A stretch of 32,000 bases of DNA, taken from Akkermansia muciniphila ATCC BAA-835 (GTDB lineage: Bacteria; Verrucomicrobiota; Verrucomicrobiia; Verrucomicrobiales; Akkermansiaceae). Position 1 is the stretch's first letter; every line of letters starts with the position of its first letter. The position numbers and the translations under genes are program-made. The stretch spans positions 480,001 to 512,000 of the forward strand of contig NC_010655.1 in assembly GCF_000020225.1 (NCBI RefSeq). Direction: 5' to 3'. Of this stretch, positions 1 through 8,699 are shown one piece after another. The notes under the pieces were generated by a model. It made no database searches and had not been told where the DNA came from. It was given only the letters and a program-made list of their open reading frames with translations.

Positions 1-1504
1 CCCGGTGGTCGAATGGCCCCACCAGGCTCCAGGCAACGTCCGCCTGTTTCACATAGGCAAAAGGAACGCCTTGGAAAAAATGATCACGATGGAAAGCCAA
101 ACGCTGTTCAAACTCCCGGAATTCCTTCCAGCCGTCCGTTCCCCTGGGGGGAAGCTGGGCCATATAATCCCTCCTCTTGGTAGCGCTTCCGCGCCAGACA
201 CGCTCTGCAAACGTCAATGCACAAGGATAAAACGGATACTGTTCCAGCACCCGCCTCTCACTGCTCAGGTTTCCGTCGCACCACACGGGCATGATGGCCC
301 CCAACGCCTTATCATCCCCTTGAGGCACCTCGCAGGGCTGCTGGAAAAACACCTGGTACACGCCGGACTGGGAATCCGCCCAGTCAATGTAAAAACCATT
401 GCTGTCGATGCGCTTCATATTCTTATCCATCCTGGCGCCGGCCTCGTTCTCTCCCCAGCACATCAATACGGAATCCTTATCGTGCGGGCCGCCCGGAGAC
501 CACACGACCACCTCCTTGCCCTTCCCGCGGATATGCTCCGCCATACGTGGGATAAAATCCTTCATGGAAATGTGCGCCTCGTCGGATCCCATGTGGAAAA
601 ACCTCCCGGGAAACAGGGAAACGGCCTCGTCCACGACATCCTTCAATATGGAAACACCCTTCTCCGTCTGCATGCCGGTCTTCATGGCCCTGGCAAAAGG
701 CTGGCTGTGTCCCGGCATGTCAATCTCCGGAATCACCTGGATATTCAACCGGGCGCAATAATCCGTCAGATCCTTCAATTGAGCCTGTGTATAAAACCGC
801 CCCGGGAGCCGGGACTTCCAATGAAAAGCCCCATCCGTCAGGGCCGGATACTTCTTCACTTCCAGCCTCCATGCGGGATCATCCGTCAAATGAAGATGCA
901 GCGTATTAATCTTATAGCGGGAAAGACGGCGCATCACCTCCTTGATCAAGGCAGGAGACATGTAATAACGCCCCACATCCAGCATAATTCCCCGCAGGAC
1001 GAAAGCGGGTTTGTCACTAATACGCACAACAGGCATGGCAAATTCCCCTTCTCTATTGAAAACCAGTTGCCGCAGCGTTTGAAGAGCGTTAAAAAAACCG
1101 CCAAAACTTCCTGCCCTGACGGTTGCTTTTCCCAATCCGACGGACAGGTCATACCCCTCTCCTTTCATCCTGGCGTCCGGAAACAATTCCCATGTCATGG
1201 CACCTTCAGCAGCCCCCCCACTATTCAGGGAACCCTGAATGCCGGAAGTCCTGAATATGTCCTTGATCTCCTTCATCAAATCATCCCTGCCAGGAACATC
1301 CGAACCAACCTTCACATGAACGCTCCTGAAACCTGCCTCGCCCGCGCCCCTGACGACTTTGGAAGGATATGGAATAAGCGCGGGGGAAGAAAACTCCGGC
1401 ACAGGCGCGGTAACCACCCCTCCGGCCAGCGGCCCCCATGAAAAATAAATCAGCAAGGCAATAAAAAACCGTACGGGAATGCTGAACACTCTGAACAAAA
1501 GCAT
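1..1504 (-). CDS. Glycoside hydrolase family 20 beta-N-acetylhexosaminidase (C-terminal end runs off the window)
   Basis: Not in the supplied track because it has no stop inside the window. My own minus-strand translation from ATG at 1504..1502 gives MLLFRVFSIPVRFFIALLIYFSW (signal/anchor), then RGIMLDVGRYY, INTLHLHLTDDPAWRLE, VIPEIDMPGHS and FFHMGSDE. These are the GH20 TIM-barrel blocks including the catalytic D-E pair. The frame stays open to position 2. The + ORF 5..1441 is its antisense shadow. Confidence 0.85.
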   Translation of the reverse strand, partial: MLLFRVFSIPVRFFIALLIYFSWGPLAGGVVTAPVPEFSSPALIPYPSKVVRGAGEAGFRSVHVKVGSDVPGRDDLMKEIKDIFRTSGIQGSLNSGGAAEGAMTWELFPDARMKGEGYDLSVGLGKATVRAGSFGGFFNALQTLRQLVFNREGEFAMPVVRISDKPAFVLRGIMLDVGRYYMSPALIKEVMRRLSRYKINTLHLHLTDDPAWRLEVKKYPALTDGAFHWKSRLPGRFYTQAQLKDLTDYCARLNIQVIPEIDMPGHSQPFARAMKTGMQTEKGVSILKDVVDEAVSLFPGRFFHMGSDEAHISMKDFIPRMAEHIRGKGKEVVVWSPGGPHDKDSVLMCWGENEAGARMDKNMKRIDSNGFYIDWADSQSGVYQVFFQQPCEVPQGDDKALGAIMPVWCDGNLSSERRVLEQYPFYPCALTFAERVWRGSATKRRDYMAQLPPRGTDGWKEFREFEQRLAFHRDHFFQGVPFAYVKQADVAWSLVGPFDHR

Positions 1505-1698
1505 TCCTTAACTACGGCATTCCATCTCCGCTCCTGTCAAAACAGGGCTTTCTCAACTGGGAAACCAAATGCTTTTCCCATCCTCTCCAACACCGACATG
1601 CTTATTCCTCCATATCGCTGTTTCCCTCCGCAAATCCGGCAATAACGAACGGGCGTCTTCGCTATCGTCCCGTTCATTCGCCAGACAGACTCCTCCAG

Positions 1699-2340
1699 TC
1701 AGTGCAAACGTTCCAGCAGGACGTCCATGTCCATGTAATCCTGCCCGTGAATCAATTCGCCGAGAATGGGCGCATCGGAAAACTCCTCCACCATGCTCCT
1801 GTTCGTCACGCAGGCAGTATCCCATTCATCTTTCACATTATTGAACACGATGCCCAGGCATTCCAGGCCGCGTTCCTTGATTGCATTCAGCGTTAACAGG
1901 GCATGGTTGATGGCTCCCAGCTTGTTGCCGATCACCAGAAGAACAGGCAGCTTGAAATCCGCAGCCATATCGCTGAAATTCCTTCCGGGGCCAATCGGGA
2001 CTTCCCATCCTCCCACCCCTTCCACCACCACGCACTCATGTGCGGCGGACAAAGCGTCATAAGCCCGCAGGATAACCTTTTCATCCACTTTCGTATTCTC
2101 CAGCCGTGCGGCCACATAAGGACACGTGGCATTCCTCAAAAAAACGGGATTCAGTTCATCCAGCGTCAGATCCTTCGGCCCGGCTTCGCGCAAAAGGCGG
2201 GCATCCTGCCTGTCTCCGCAGGCCACGGGTTTGAACCCGGCGGCATTGATGCCCGCTTCTCTTAGAGATTTGACGATCAGGCAGCTCACATAAGTTTTAC
2301 CGACTTCCGTATCGGTACCGGTAACAATGAAATTCCTCAT
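1699..2340 (-). CDS. bioD: ATP-dependent dethiobiotin synthetase
   Basis: 213 aa. The N-terminal P-loop FIVTGTDTEVGKTYVS is typical of BioD. Length and the rest of the sequence fit the BioD/CobQ-type fold. Confidence 0.9.
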   Translation of the reverse strand: MRNFIVTGTDTEVGKTYVSCLIVKSLREAGINAAGFKPVACGDRQDARLLREAGPKDLTLDELNPVFLRNATCPYVAARLENTKVDEKVILRAYDALSAAHECVVVEGVGGWEVPIGPGRNFSDMAADFKLPVLLVIGNKLGAINHALLTLNAIKERGLECLGIVFNNVKDEWDTACVTNRSMVEEFSDAPILGELIHGQDYMDMDVLLERLH

Positions 2341-2352
2341 AACGGTAAATAT

Positions 2353-2505
2353 TCAGGGATGGGATCTTCTAATCTCCTCAAGCTGCCCGCGGGAAGGCAC
2401 GCCGTCATTCGTGGTCACCCAGTGATTGATGAAAGACCAGATAATCACGGCCAACACCAGACAGAACAACTTGGCAGGCCAATTAAGCAATAGCAGTTTT
2501 TTCAT
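2353..2505 (-). CDS. 50-aa single-pass membrane microprotein, possible N-terminal-anchor-only CdaR/YbbR-like remnant
   Basis: Hand-translated, below the track cutoff: MKKLLLLNWPAKLFCLVLAVIIWSFINHWVTTNDGVPSRGQLEEIRRSHP*. The ATG overlaps the cdaA 3' end by 23 nt and the stop lies 12 nt before the bioD ATG. It has one clear TM helix. The N-terminal pattern resembles the membrane anchor of YbbR/CdaR proteins (recalled from memory). Confidence 0.35.
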   Translation of the reverse strand: MKKLLLLNWPAKLFCLVLAVIIWSFINHWVTTNDGVPSRGQLEEIRRSHP

Positions 2506-3382
2506 TGGAAGAAGAAATATTCAGCAGCTCTTCAAGGCGTCCCTTCAACTGTTCCGGAGTCAGGTTGCGTTCCAGCTTCCCGCCTACGGCCAACGCGATA
2601 GCCCCCGTCTCCTCGGACACCACCACCACCACGCAGTCGCTCTCCTCGGACATGCCCACGCCCGCGCGGTGGCGCAGCCCCAAGGTACGGTCGCTCATTT
2701 CCTTCTGGGAAACAGGGAACACGCAGGCAGCCGCAGAAATGCGGTCGCCGGAAATCACCACGCCCCCATCGTGGAGAGCCGTCTTGGTATGGAAAATCGT
2801 CAGGGCCAGTTCCGGAGAAAAAATGGCGTCCAGCTTCACGCCGGAATCCTCAATAGGCTTCATGCTGATGCTCCTCTCAAAAGCGAACAGGGCGCCGAAC
2901 CGCTGGTTGGAAAGCTTGCTTACCGCCTTGCAGAAATTATCCAGGAAATCCACCCGCTGAAGCTTGGCGAAGGAAGAAAAAAACGGGTGGCTTCCCAGCT
3001 TTGCCAGCCCCACGCGCAGCTCCGGCTGGAAAATCACCACCAGAGCCAGCGCCAGGCCGGGGGCGAAAATGCGCGTCAGTATCCACGAAATAACATTCAG
3101 CTGAAAGAAAAAGGCCAGCACCACCAGGGCCAGAAAGCAGGCGAACAGCCCCACCATGATGCGCGCGCCGCGCGTTGCGTGGAAAGCACGGTAAATCTGG
3201 TACAGGAACACCCACAGGATGAAAATTTCAACAACCGCCCGGAGCGCATCCTTGATCACAATCCAGTCCCACATGCCCAACAGGCTACACAACAACCCGG
3301 CCGAATGCAATACCGATCCTCTCGCGTTGCCGGCAGGCTCCGGGAATTTACCGTTCATCTCAGTTCCCGAATTTGAAGACAT
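2483..3382 (-). CDS. cdaA: Diadenylate cyclase (c-di-AMP synthase), membrane-anchored CdaA type
   Basis: Three N-terminal TM helices followed by a DAC domain with LHDGGVVISGDRI and GLRHRAGVGMSEESDCVVVVVSEETG (the DGA-like and RHR motifs). The track ORF starts at a TTG at 3454 inside an AT-rich promoter-like stretch. I use the first ATG at 3382 (MSSNSG...); the exact start is uncertain. Confidence 0.88.
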   Translation of the reverse strand: MSSNSGTEMNGKFPEPAGNARGSVLHSAGLLCSLLGMWDWIVIKDALRAVVEIFILWVFLYQIYRAFHATRGARIMVGLFACFLALVVLAFFFQLNVISWILTRIFAPGLALALVVIFQPELRVGLAKLGSHPFFSSFAKLQRVDFLDNFCKAVSKLSNQRFGALFAFERSISMKPIEDSGVKLDAIFSPELALTIFHTKTALHDGGVVISGDRISAAACVFPVSQKEMSDRTLGLRHRAGVGMSEESDCVVVVVSEETGAIALAVGGKLERNLTPEQLKGRLEELLNISSSNEKTAIA

Positions 3383-3480
3383 CTCTGTACGTTCCGGAGA
3401 CAGATAGAAGTTCTTAAAAAGAAGAGCAGTTCTTTGGAAAATAAATAATAACAATAAATAAAAATTGGATTAAATAAACA

Positions 3481-4077
3481 ATGTTAATCCGCATAAAGCA
3501 AGGCTTCAGAAAACTGAAATTCTCTCTGGATTTACGGCATGAACTTGCGGCGGATACACTGAAAAACCAAACAAAAAATAATCACCAGATGATAGCAATC
3601 GAACAATTAAAAGAAGTAGGGAAAATCTGGCTCGCCTGGGTAAGGCTTCAGGATCATGATCCTGCCGAAGTCACGCAAATATTTGAAAAACTTAAAGGAG
3701 AACTGGATGTAAAATTAGGAAGAGGCTGGCAAAAATATGACCCGGTAATAAAAAAAGGAAGGCCCCAATCCTATAAAAAACTCTTTCAAGAATTGGATAG
3801 TGACAGTCAGGAATCCGCAAATGCATTGATCAAATATTTCAATGAGGGAATACCGGAAGACGCTCCTGTCTCGCCAGTCATACACCTCATTCTCATCTTA
3901 TGCGTCTGTGAAGTAGGACGTGGATATGGCCAGGCGCCGGACAATATGCTGGCTTATGCACATGATCTCATTGATTATCCCAATCTCACATGGAGCTCAC
4001 TGCTGGACACAGCGGGAAGTTCCCCGGAATTCGCATTTCTATGCAAGGGTGATTCCGATGAAGACTATAAGGAATAA
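3481..4077 (+). CDS. Hypothetical cytoplasmic protein, AT-rich orphan (198 aa)
   Basis: ATG-initiated 198-codon ORF in locally AT-rich DNA (23/60 G+C in the lines starting 3541 and 3721), where long open frames are unlikely by chance. It is divergent from cdaA. No signal peptide and no motif I recognise. An internal ATG at 3589 is an alternative start. Confidence 0.55.
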   Translation: MLIRIKQGFRKLKFSLDLRHELAADTLKNQTKNNHQMIAIEQLKEVGKIWLAWVRLQDHDPAEVTQIFEKLKGELDVKLGRGWQKYDPVIKKGRPQSYKKLFQELDSDSQESANALIKYFNEGIPEDAPVSPVIHLILILCVCEVGRGYGQAPDNMLAYAHDLIDYPNLTWSSLLDTAGSSPEFAFLCKGDSDEDYKE

Positions 4078-4460
4078 TGCATGAGCACCGTCCGCAACCG
4101 ACTCACCGGTGAGCCTCCCGCACGGCATGGGTTCCCTGTATCCGGGCACAGGGAACTTCACCCCCATCGTCGGCAAAAGGGACAGCCGCAGGCGGGCTCG
4201 GGCAATTCAGAAACATAGGCGGCCCTTCCTGCCTTCCATCTGTCTCAATCCTGCGGACATCAAAAGTTGGTGCATCAACTTTTCTCATCACCTCAATTTC
4301 CGGGCCAAAAACCTGGCCGCCGTCATGATAACGGACACCTTCCTTTTCCGGAAACCGAACTGCCATCAACAGGAAACCTTCCGGAAACGCTGGATTACCG
4401 CCGCATGGGGCAGATGCCCCAGAGCGGCACCAGGCCGTCCTGCATCTGACGGCGGGCATC

Positions 4461-4485
4461 AAATAAAACGCAGGCGGCCCCTACG
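4461..4485 (-). terminator. Rho-independent terminator candidate after the ABC ATPase gene
   Basis: The minus strand reads CGTAGG-GGCCG-CCTGCG (6-bp stem including one G-U pair, 5-nt loop) followed by TTTTATTT. It starts 10 nt after the stop codon at 4496..4498. Confidence 0.5.
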
Positions 4486-4495
4486 CCCGGCAGCC

Positions 4496-5149
4496 TCAGA
4501 CGGCCTGCCCGTCCATAATCGTAATAATGCGGTCCCCTCTCCGTGCCAGATGTTCGTCATGCGTCACAATCACCAGCGTTTTGCGGGACTCGTCCGCCAG
4601 GCCGAACAAAAGGTCCAGCACCTCCGCGCCGTTCTTCCGGTCCAGGTTCCCGGTAGGTTCATCCGCAAAAATAATGGGGGCGTCGTTCGCCAGGGCACGG
4701 GCGATTGCCACGCGCTGCTGTTCCCCGCCGCTCAGTTCGCTGGGCAGGTGGTTCAGGCGGTGGGACAAACCCACGCGCTCCATCAGTTCCCTCACATATT
4801 CCACGCGCGGCCTCCTGCCGATGGAGGAAGCCAGACAGGCGTTTTCCAGCGCCGTCAATTCCGGCATCAACAGATAATTCTGGAAAATAAACCCCATGCT
4901 CCGGTTCCGGAACACGGACCGGGCCGTGGCGGACAAGGCGTAAATATCCGTGCCGTCAATCGTGACCTTTCCCTCTTGCGGCGTTTCCAATCCGGCCAGC
5001 GTGTACATCAGCGTGGTCTTTCCGGCCCCGCTGGGCCCGCACAGGAACACCTTCTCTCCGGCGGCAATGTGCAAATCCACCCCATGCAGGATCTCAATGG
5101 ACTTCTTGCCGATGGAATAGCTGCGGTGGAGGTTGGAGGCGGTAATCAC
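4496..5149 (-). CDS. ABC transporter ATP-binding protein, LolD/MacB/FtsE-like
   Basis: 217 aa with Walker A GPSGAGKTT, signature LSGGEQQRVAIARAL and Walker B IIFADEPTGNLD. No cognate permease is adjacent in the window. Confidence 0.9.
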   Translation of the reverse strand: MITASNLHRSYSIGKKSIEILHGVDLHIAAGEKVFLCGPSGAGKTTLMYTLAGLETPQEGKVTIDGTDIYALSATARSVFRNRSMGFIFQNYLLMPELTALENACLASSIGRRPRVEYVRELMERVGLSHRLNHLPSELSGGEQQRVAIARALANDAPIIFADEPTGNLDRKNGAEVLDLLFGLADESRKTLVIVTHDEHLARRGDRIITIMDGQAV

Positions 5150-5178
5150 GGGCGCAGTATAAGAAAATCCTTGCCGTA

Positions 5179-6024
5179 TTAAAGTTCTATGTTGTCTATA
5201 AGACGCACGTCGCCGAAATAGACGGCGGCGGCCATCAGGGCCGGCTTCCGGTTCTCCGCCACCGGCTGCATGGTCTCCGCATCCACAATCTCCAGATAAT
5301 CGATGCGCGTGCCGGGCACACCCTCAATCATGGCGGCGGCATGCTCCTTCACCTTGGAGGCGTCCGCCCCGGCCTGGAACTCGTCCCGGGCCTGAAGCAT
5401 AGCCTGCCGTATTACCACGGCCTGCTCCTTCTGCTCCGGCGTCAGGCGGGCGTTCCGGGAGGAATAGGCCAGACCGTTGCCATGCCTTACAATCTCCGCC
5501 CCGTGAATGCGCACCGGAAAATCCAGGTCGCGCACCATGCGGCGGATAATGGCAAGCTGCTGGTAATCCTTCTTTCCGAAAATGGCGTCCGTGGGCTGTA
5601 CCAGGTTGAACAGTTTAGCAAGCACCGTGCAGACACCGGAAAAATGCCCCGGGCGGGACGCACCGCACAATGTTGCGGACAAAAAGCTTTCTTCCACGGC
5701 AATGCTGCGTTCTCCGGAATACATTTCTTCAGGAGCAGGGGAAAACACATAATCCACGCCTGCACCTTCGCACACCTCCAAATCCTTTTCAGGAGTCCGG
5801 GGATAAGTCTGAAGGTCGGAGGAATTGTTAAACTGGATAGGATTGACGAAAATACTGGCAACCACCACGCCATCCTCCCCGGCCAACTTGCGCGCCTGTT
5901 CCAGCAAAGCGCGGTGTCCGGCGTGAAGGGCCCCCATTGTGGGGACGAGAACCACATGGTCATGTTTGCGGTGGTGCTTGAGGAGGGCAGCCCTCAACTG
6001 GGCCTTGGTGGAAAATGTTTGCAT
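5179..6024 (-). CDS. panC: Pantoate--beta-alanine ligase (pantothenate synthetase)
   Basis: VPTMGALHAGHRAL (HxGH-type motif), VASIFVNPIQF and GKKDYQQL blocks. The track start at 6051 is a TTG, so I use the first ATG at 6024 (MQTFSTKAQL). Confidence 0.9.
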   Translation of the reverse strand: MQTFSTKAQLRAALLKHHRKHDHVVLVPTMGALHAGHRALLEQARKLAGEDGVVVASIFVNPIQFNNSSDLQTYPRTPEKDLEVCEGAGVDYVFSPAPEEMYSGERSIAVEESFLSATLCGASRPGHFSGVCTVLAKLFNLVQPTDAIFGKKDYQQLAIIRRMVRDLDFPVRIHGAEIVRHGNGLAYSSRNARLTPEQKEQAVVIRQAMLQARDEFQAGADASKVKEHAAAMIEGVPGTRIDYLEIVDAETMQPVAENRKPALMAAAVYFGDVRLIDNIEL

Positions 6025-6080
6025 GCGCCTAAAGTGGCCCCTTGATGACAAAAGTTCAATCCTGAAATATTGCTAGAAGG

Positions 6081-6108
6081 TTGACGCATGCCATTCCACA
6101 TGTAAACT
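6081..6108 (+). promoter_or_regulatory. Candidate sigma70-type promoter for skp-lpxD
   Basis: TTGACG (6081..6086), 16-nt spacer, TAAACT (6103..6108), about 27 nt upstream of the skp ATG. Pattern match only. Confidence 0.3.
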
Positions 6109-6134
6109 GGTAAAGTCAGAAGACGCTAAAAATT

Positions 6135-6770
6135 ATGAGATTCTTCAAAACAGCATTAGGTGTATCAGCAGCAATGGCATTAAGCGCCACGGCCAACGCT
6201 GAACTTAAGGTAGCGACGGTGGATGTGCAGAAACTCTTCGCCGACTACTACAAGACCCATGAAGCCCAGGCGGAAGTAGACAAGGCTGCCCAGACGGTGC
6301 AGGAAACCAACAACACCCGCGCGGAAACCATCAAAAAGATGGAAGCGGACTTCAATGACATGGTCAAAAGGCTTCAGGATCCCATGCTGAATGAAAAGGA
6401 CAAAAAGGAACTGGAGCAAAAGGCCCAGATCAAGCGTCAGGAAGTCATTGCGCTGGAACAGGAACGCCGCGGATTTGTGGAACGCCAGCTTAAATCCCTT
6501 CAGGAACAAATGAAAGTGCGTTCCGCCAAAATCATGGGAGAAATCACAAAAATCACGGAAGGCATCGCCACCAAGGGCAACTATGACCTCGTTCTGGACA
6601 AAAGCGCCCAGGCCCTTCGGTCCAACCAGGTATTCGTCTACACGAAGCCCGGCATGGACATTACTCCCACAGTGATGAAAGAACTCAACAAGGACGCCCC
6701 TGAAGGGTTTGACCCCTCCAAGAAAAAGGCTCCGGCCGTCCCCGCCGCTCCCGCGGCCCCGGCCAACTAA
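6135..6770 (+). CDS. skp: OmpH/Skp-family periplasmic chaperone
   Basis: Signal peptide MRFFKTALGVSAAMALSATANA/E. The mature part is K/E/Q-rich and coiled-coil-like, about 190 aa. It sits immediately upstream of lpxD, the conserved skp-lpxD arrangement. Confidence 0.85.
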   Translation: MRFFKTALGVSAAMALSATANAELKVATVDVQKLFADYYKTHEAQAEVDKAAQTVQETNNTRAETIKKMEADFNDMVKRLQDPMLNEKDKKELEQKAQIKRQEVIALEQERRGFVERQLKSLQEQMKVRSAKIMGEITKITEGIATKGNYDLVLDKSAQALRSNQVFVYTKPGMDITPTVMKELNKDAPEGFDPSKKKAPAVPAAPAAPAN

Positions 6771-6809
6771 CCCTTGACATTACCCCCGGGAAGGCGGAAT
6801 CATATACCC

Positions 6810-7847
6810 ATGAAGCTTACACTTGAAGCCGTGGCCGCCCTCACCGGGGGAAAAATCCTTTCCGGCGACCCCGAACTGACCGTATTCGGGGTCGCTTCCC
6901 TTCTTGACGCATCCCGTGAAGAAGCCTCCTTCCTTGGCAATGAAAAATACTTCCAGGACTTCCTGCACACCTCTGCCGGAATCGTGCTGGTGCCGCCGGG
7001 CCTGCCTGCGTATCCAGAACACGCAGCCTTCGTGGAAGTGGACAACCCCTCCATGGCATTCAACGCCCTGGTGAAATATTTCATGGCTTCCGCCTACCGG
7101 TTCACCCCCGGCATTCATCCCACAGCCATCATCGACCCCACGGCCAGCTTCAACCCGGACAAAATCCATGTAGGAGCCTATACCTGCATCGGGGCCCACT
7201 GCATAATCGGAGACGGGACGGACATTGGCAACGGCTGCGATATCGGAGACGGCGTCACCATGGGGGAAAACTGCCGCCTGCATGCCCATGTTACCATCAG
7301 GGAACGCTGCAAACTCGGCAACAGGGTGACCATCCAGCCCGGAGCCGTCATCGGTTCCGACGGATTCGGCTTCCTGATGGGAGACAATGGACGCTACGTG
7401 GGCATTGACCAGGTAGGCATTGTGGAACTGGGGGATGACGTGGACGTAGGGGCCAACACCACTATTGACCGCGCCAGATTCGGGCGCACCATTGTGGGGG
7501 AAGGCACCAAAATAGACAACCTGATCCAGCTCGGCCATAACGTCGTTGTCGGCAGGCATTGCATCATCGTCGCCCAATCCGGCATAGCCGGCAGCACCAA
7601 AGTGGGGGATTATGCCACCATCGCCGCCCAGGTCGGCATCTCAGGACACCTCAACATCGGTTCCAAATCCACGCTGGGCGCTAAAACGGGAGTCCTCTCG
7701 GACATTCCGGAAAACTCTACTTACTGGGGCATGCCGGCTTTCCCCTACAAGGACGCTACCCGCCAATACGCCGCCCTCAAAAAACTTCCAGCACTGATTA
7801 AGGAAGTCCGCGCGCTCAAAAAGGAGCTGGATTCTTCCGGCAAATAA
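6810..7847 (+). CDS. lpxD: UDP-3-O-acylglucosamine N-acyltransferase
   Basis: N-terminal LpxD-type domain (MKLTLEAVAALTGGKILSGD...) followed by a long left-handed beta-helix hexapeptide-repeat region (IGxxxxIGxxxxI...). The track start at 6774 is a TTG, so I use the ATG at 6810. Confidence 0.9.
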   Translation: MKLTLEAVAALTGGKILSGDPELTVFGVASLLDASREEASFLGNEKYFQDFLHTSAGIVLVPPGLPAYPEHAAFVEVDNPSMAFNALVKYFMASAYRFTPGIHPTAIIDPTASFNPDKIHVGAYTCIGAHCIIGDGTDIGNGCDIGDGVTMGENCRLHAHVTIRERCKLGNRVTIQPGAVIGSDGFGFLMGDNGRYVGIDQVGIVELGDDVDVGANTTIDRARFGRTIVGEGTKIDNLIQLGHNVVVGRHCIIVAQSGIAGSTKVGDYATIAAQVGISGHLNIGSKSTLGAKTGVLSDIPENSTYWGMPAFPYKDATRQYAALKKLPALIKEVRALKKELDSSGK

Positions 7848-7907
7848 CGGGCACCATATCGCCGGAACGCTCTGCAGCCCCTCTCCGTGTTTCTGTTTCC
7901 CGCCGCT

Positions 7908-8699
7908 TCAGGCCTGTCCTGTCCCCCAGCGGCGGTGCAGAAACCGTTCCAGAGGAGAAAACAGAATCTTGTCGGACAGTAGCCCAATCACCACAATCAC
8001 GAACATGATGCCTACGACCTGGTTCATCGCGTTCAGTTCGCGGCCGAAATGCAGCAGCTGGCCCAATCCGAACCCGGTCAGGATGGGAACAAAAATTTCC
8101 GCAGCCATCAGGGAGCGCCAGGCAAAAGCCCATCCCTGCTTCATTCCGCTCACCACAAACGGGGCGGAAGCGGGAAGCGTCACATGAATCAGGCAATAAA
8201 TGGGTCCTGCTCCCATGGTGCGCGCCGCACGGGCATAAATGGGCGGCACGTTCCGCATGCCGTTGGCCGTAGCCAGGATTACGGACCACAGCGTCCCCAT
8301 AATCACCACGAACAGCATAGCCCCTTCCGTCTGGCCGAACCACAGGGTTGCCAACGGAACCCAGCACACGCTGGGCAGAGCCTGGAACCCCAGGGAAACC
8401 AGCCCCAGAGTATTCTGTATAAGCTGGAAACGGGAGCACAGCATGCCCAAGGGAATCCCCGTCACCAGGCCGATTCCATACCCCAGCACCAGCCTTTTCA
8501 TGGTAATCCATGAAGCCTCCTCCAGAGACCCGTCCTGAAATGAAGAGCGCAGATACTCCCATACTTCCAGCGGAGAGGGAAACAAATAAGGCTTCCAGAC
8601 CCTCAGGTCGCTCAAATACTGCCATGCCCAGACCACGAAAATGAAAAACACGAGCGAACAGGCGTGCGCCCCCCACTTGGACCATTTGTTCCTGTTCAT
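7908..8699 (-). CDS. ABC transporter permease, NitT/TauT (nitrate/sulfonate/bicarbonate) family
   Basis: 263 aa with about 6 TM helices and an EAA-like loop ARTMGAGPIYCLIHVTLPAS typical of BPD-type permeases. 4-nt start/stop overlap with the upstream ATPase gene. Confidence 0.85.
   Translation of the reverse strand: MNRNKWSKWGAHACSLVFFIFVVWAWQYLSDLRVWKPYLFPSPLEVWEYLRSSFQDGSLEEASWITMKRLVLGYGIGLVTGIPLGMLCSRFQLIQNTLGLVSLGFQALPSVCWVPLATLWFGQTEGAMLFVVIMGTLWSVILATANGMRNVPPIYARAARTMGAGPIYCLIHVTLPASAPFVVSGMKQGWAFAWRSLMAAEIFVPILTGFGLGQLLHFGRELNAMNQVVGIMFVIVVIGLLSDKILFSPLERFLHRRWGTGQA

Noticed and set aside
5-1441. 478-aa + strand ORF, the longest ORF offered for this region
   Set aside because: It is the antisense shadow of the GH20 hexosaminidase gene. 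The translation is rich in R/P/H/G/L with no motif, while the minus strand gives clean GH20 signature blocks.
4103-4462. 119-aa minus-strand ORF downstream of the ABC ATPase
   Set aside because: Its start lies within the T-tract of the predicted terminator. It has no SD, a junk-like Gly/Pro/Arg/Ala-rich composition and no motif. I kept it only as part of the unassigned-gap finding.
4109-5182. 357-aa + ORF
   Set aside because: It is antisense to the ABC ATPase, which has perfect Walker A/B and signature motifs. The composition is Arg/Gly/Pro/Gln-rich and typical of stop-poor antisense frames in GC-rich coding DNA.
7900-7935. 8-bp inverted repeat CCGCCGCT / AGCGGCGG at the lpxD/permease convergent junction
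   Set aside because: It has a 20-nt loop, one arm lies inside the permease coding sequence, and no T-run follows on either strand. It is not a credible terminator.
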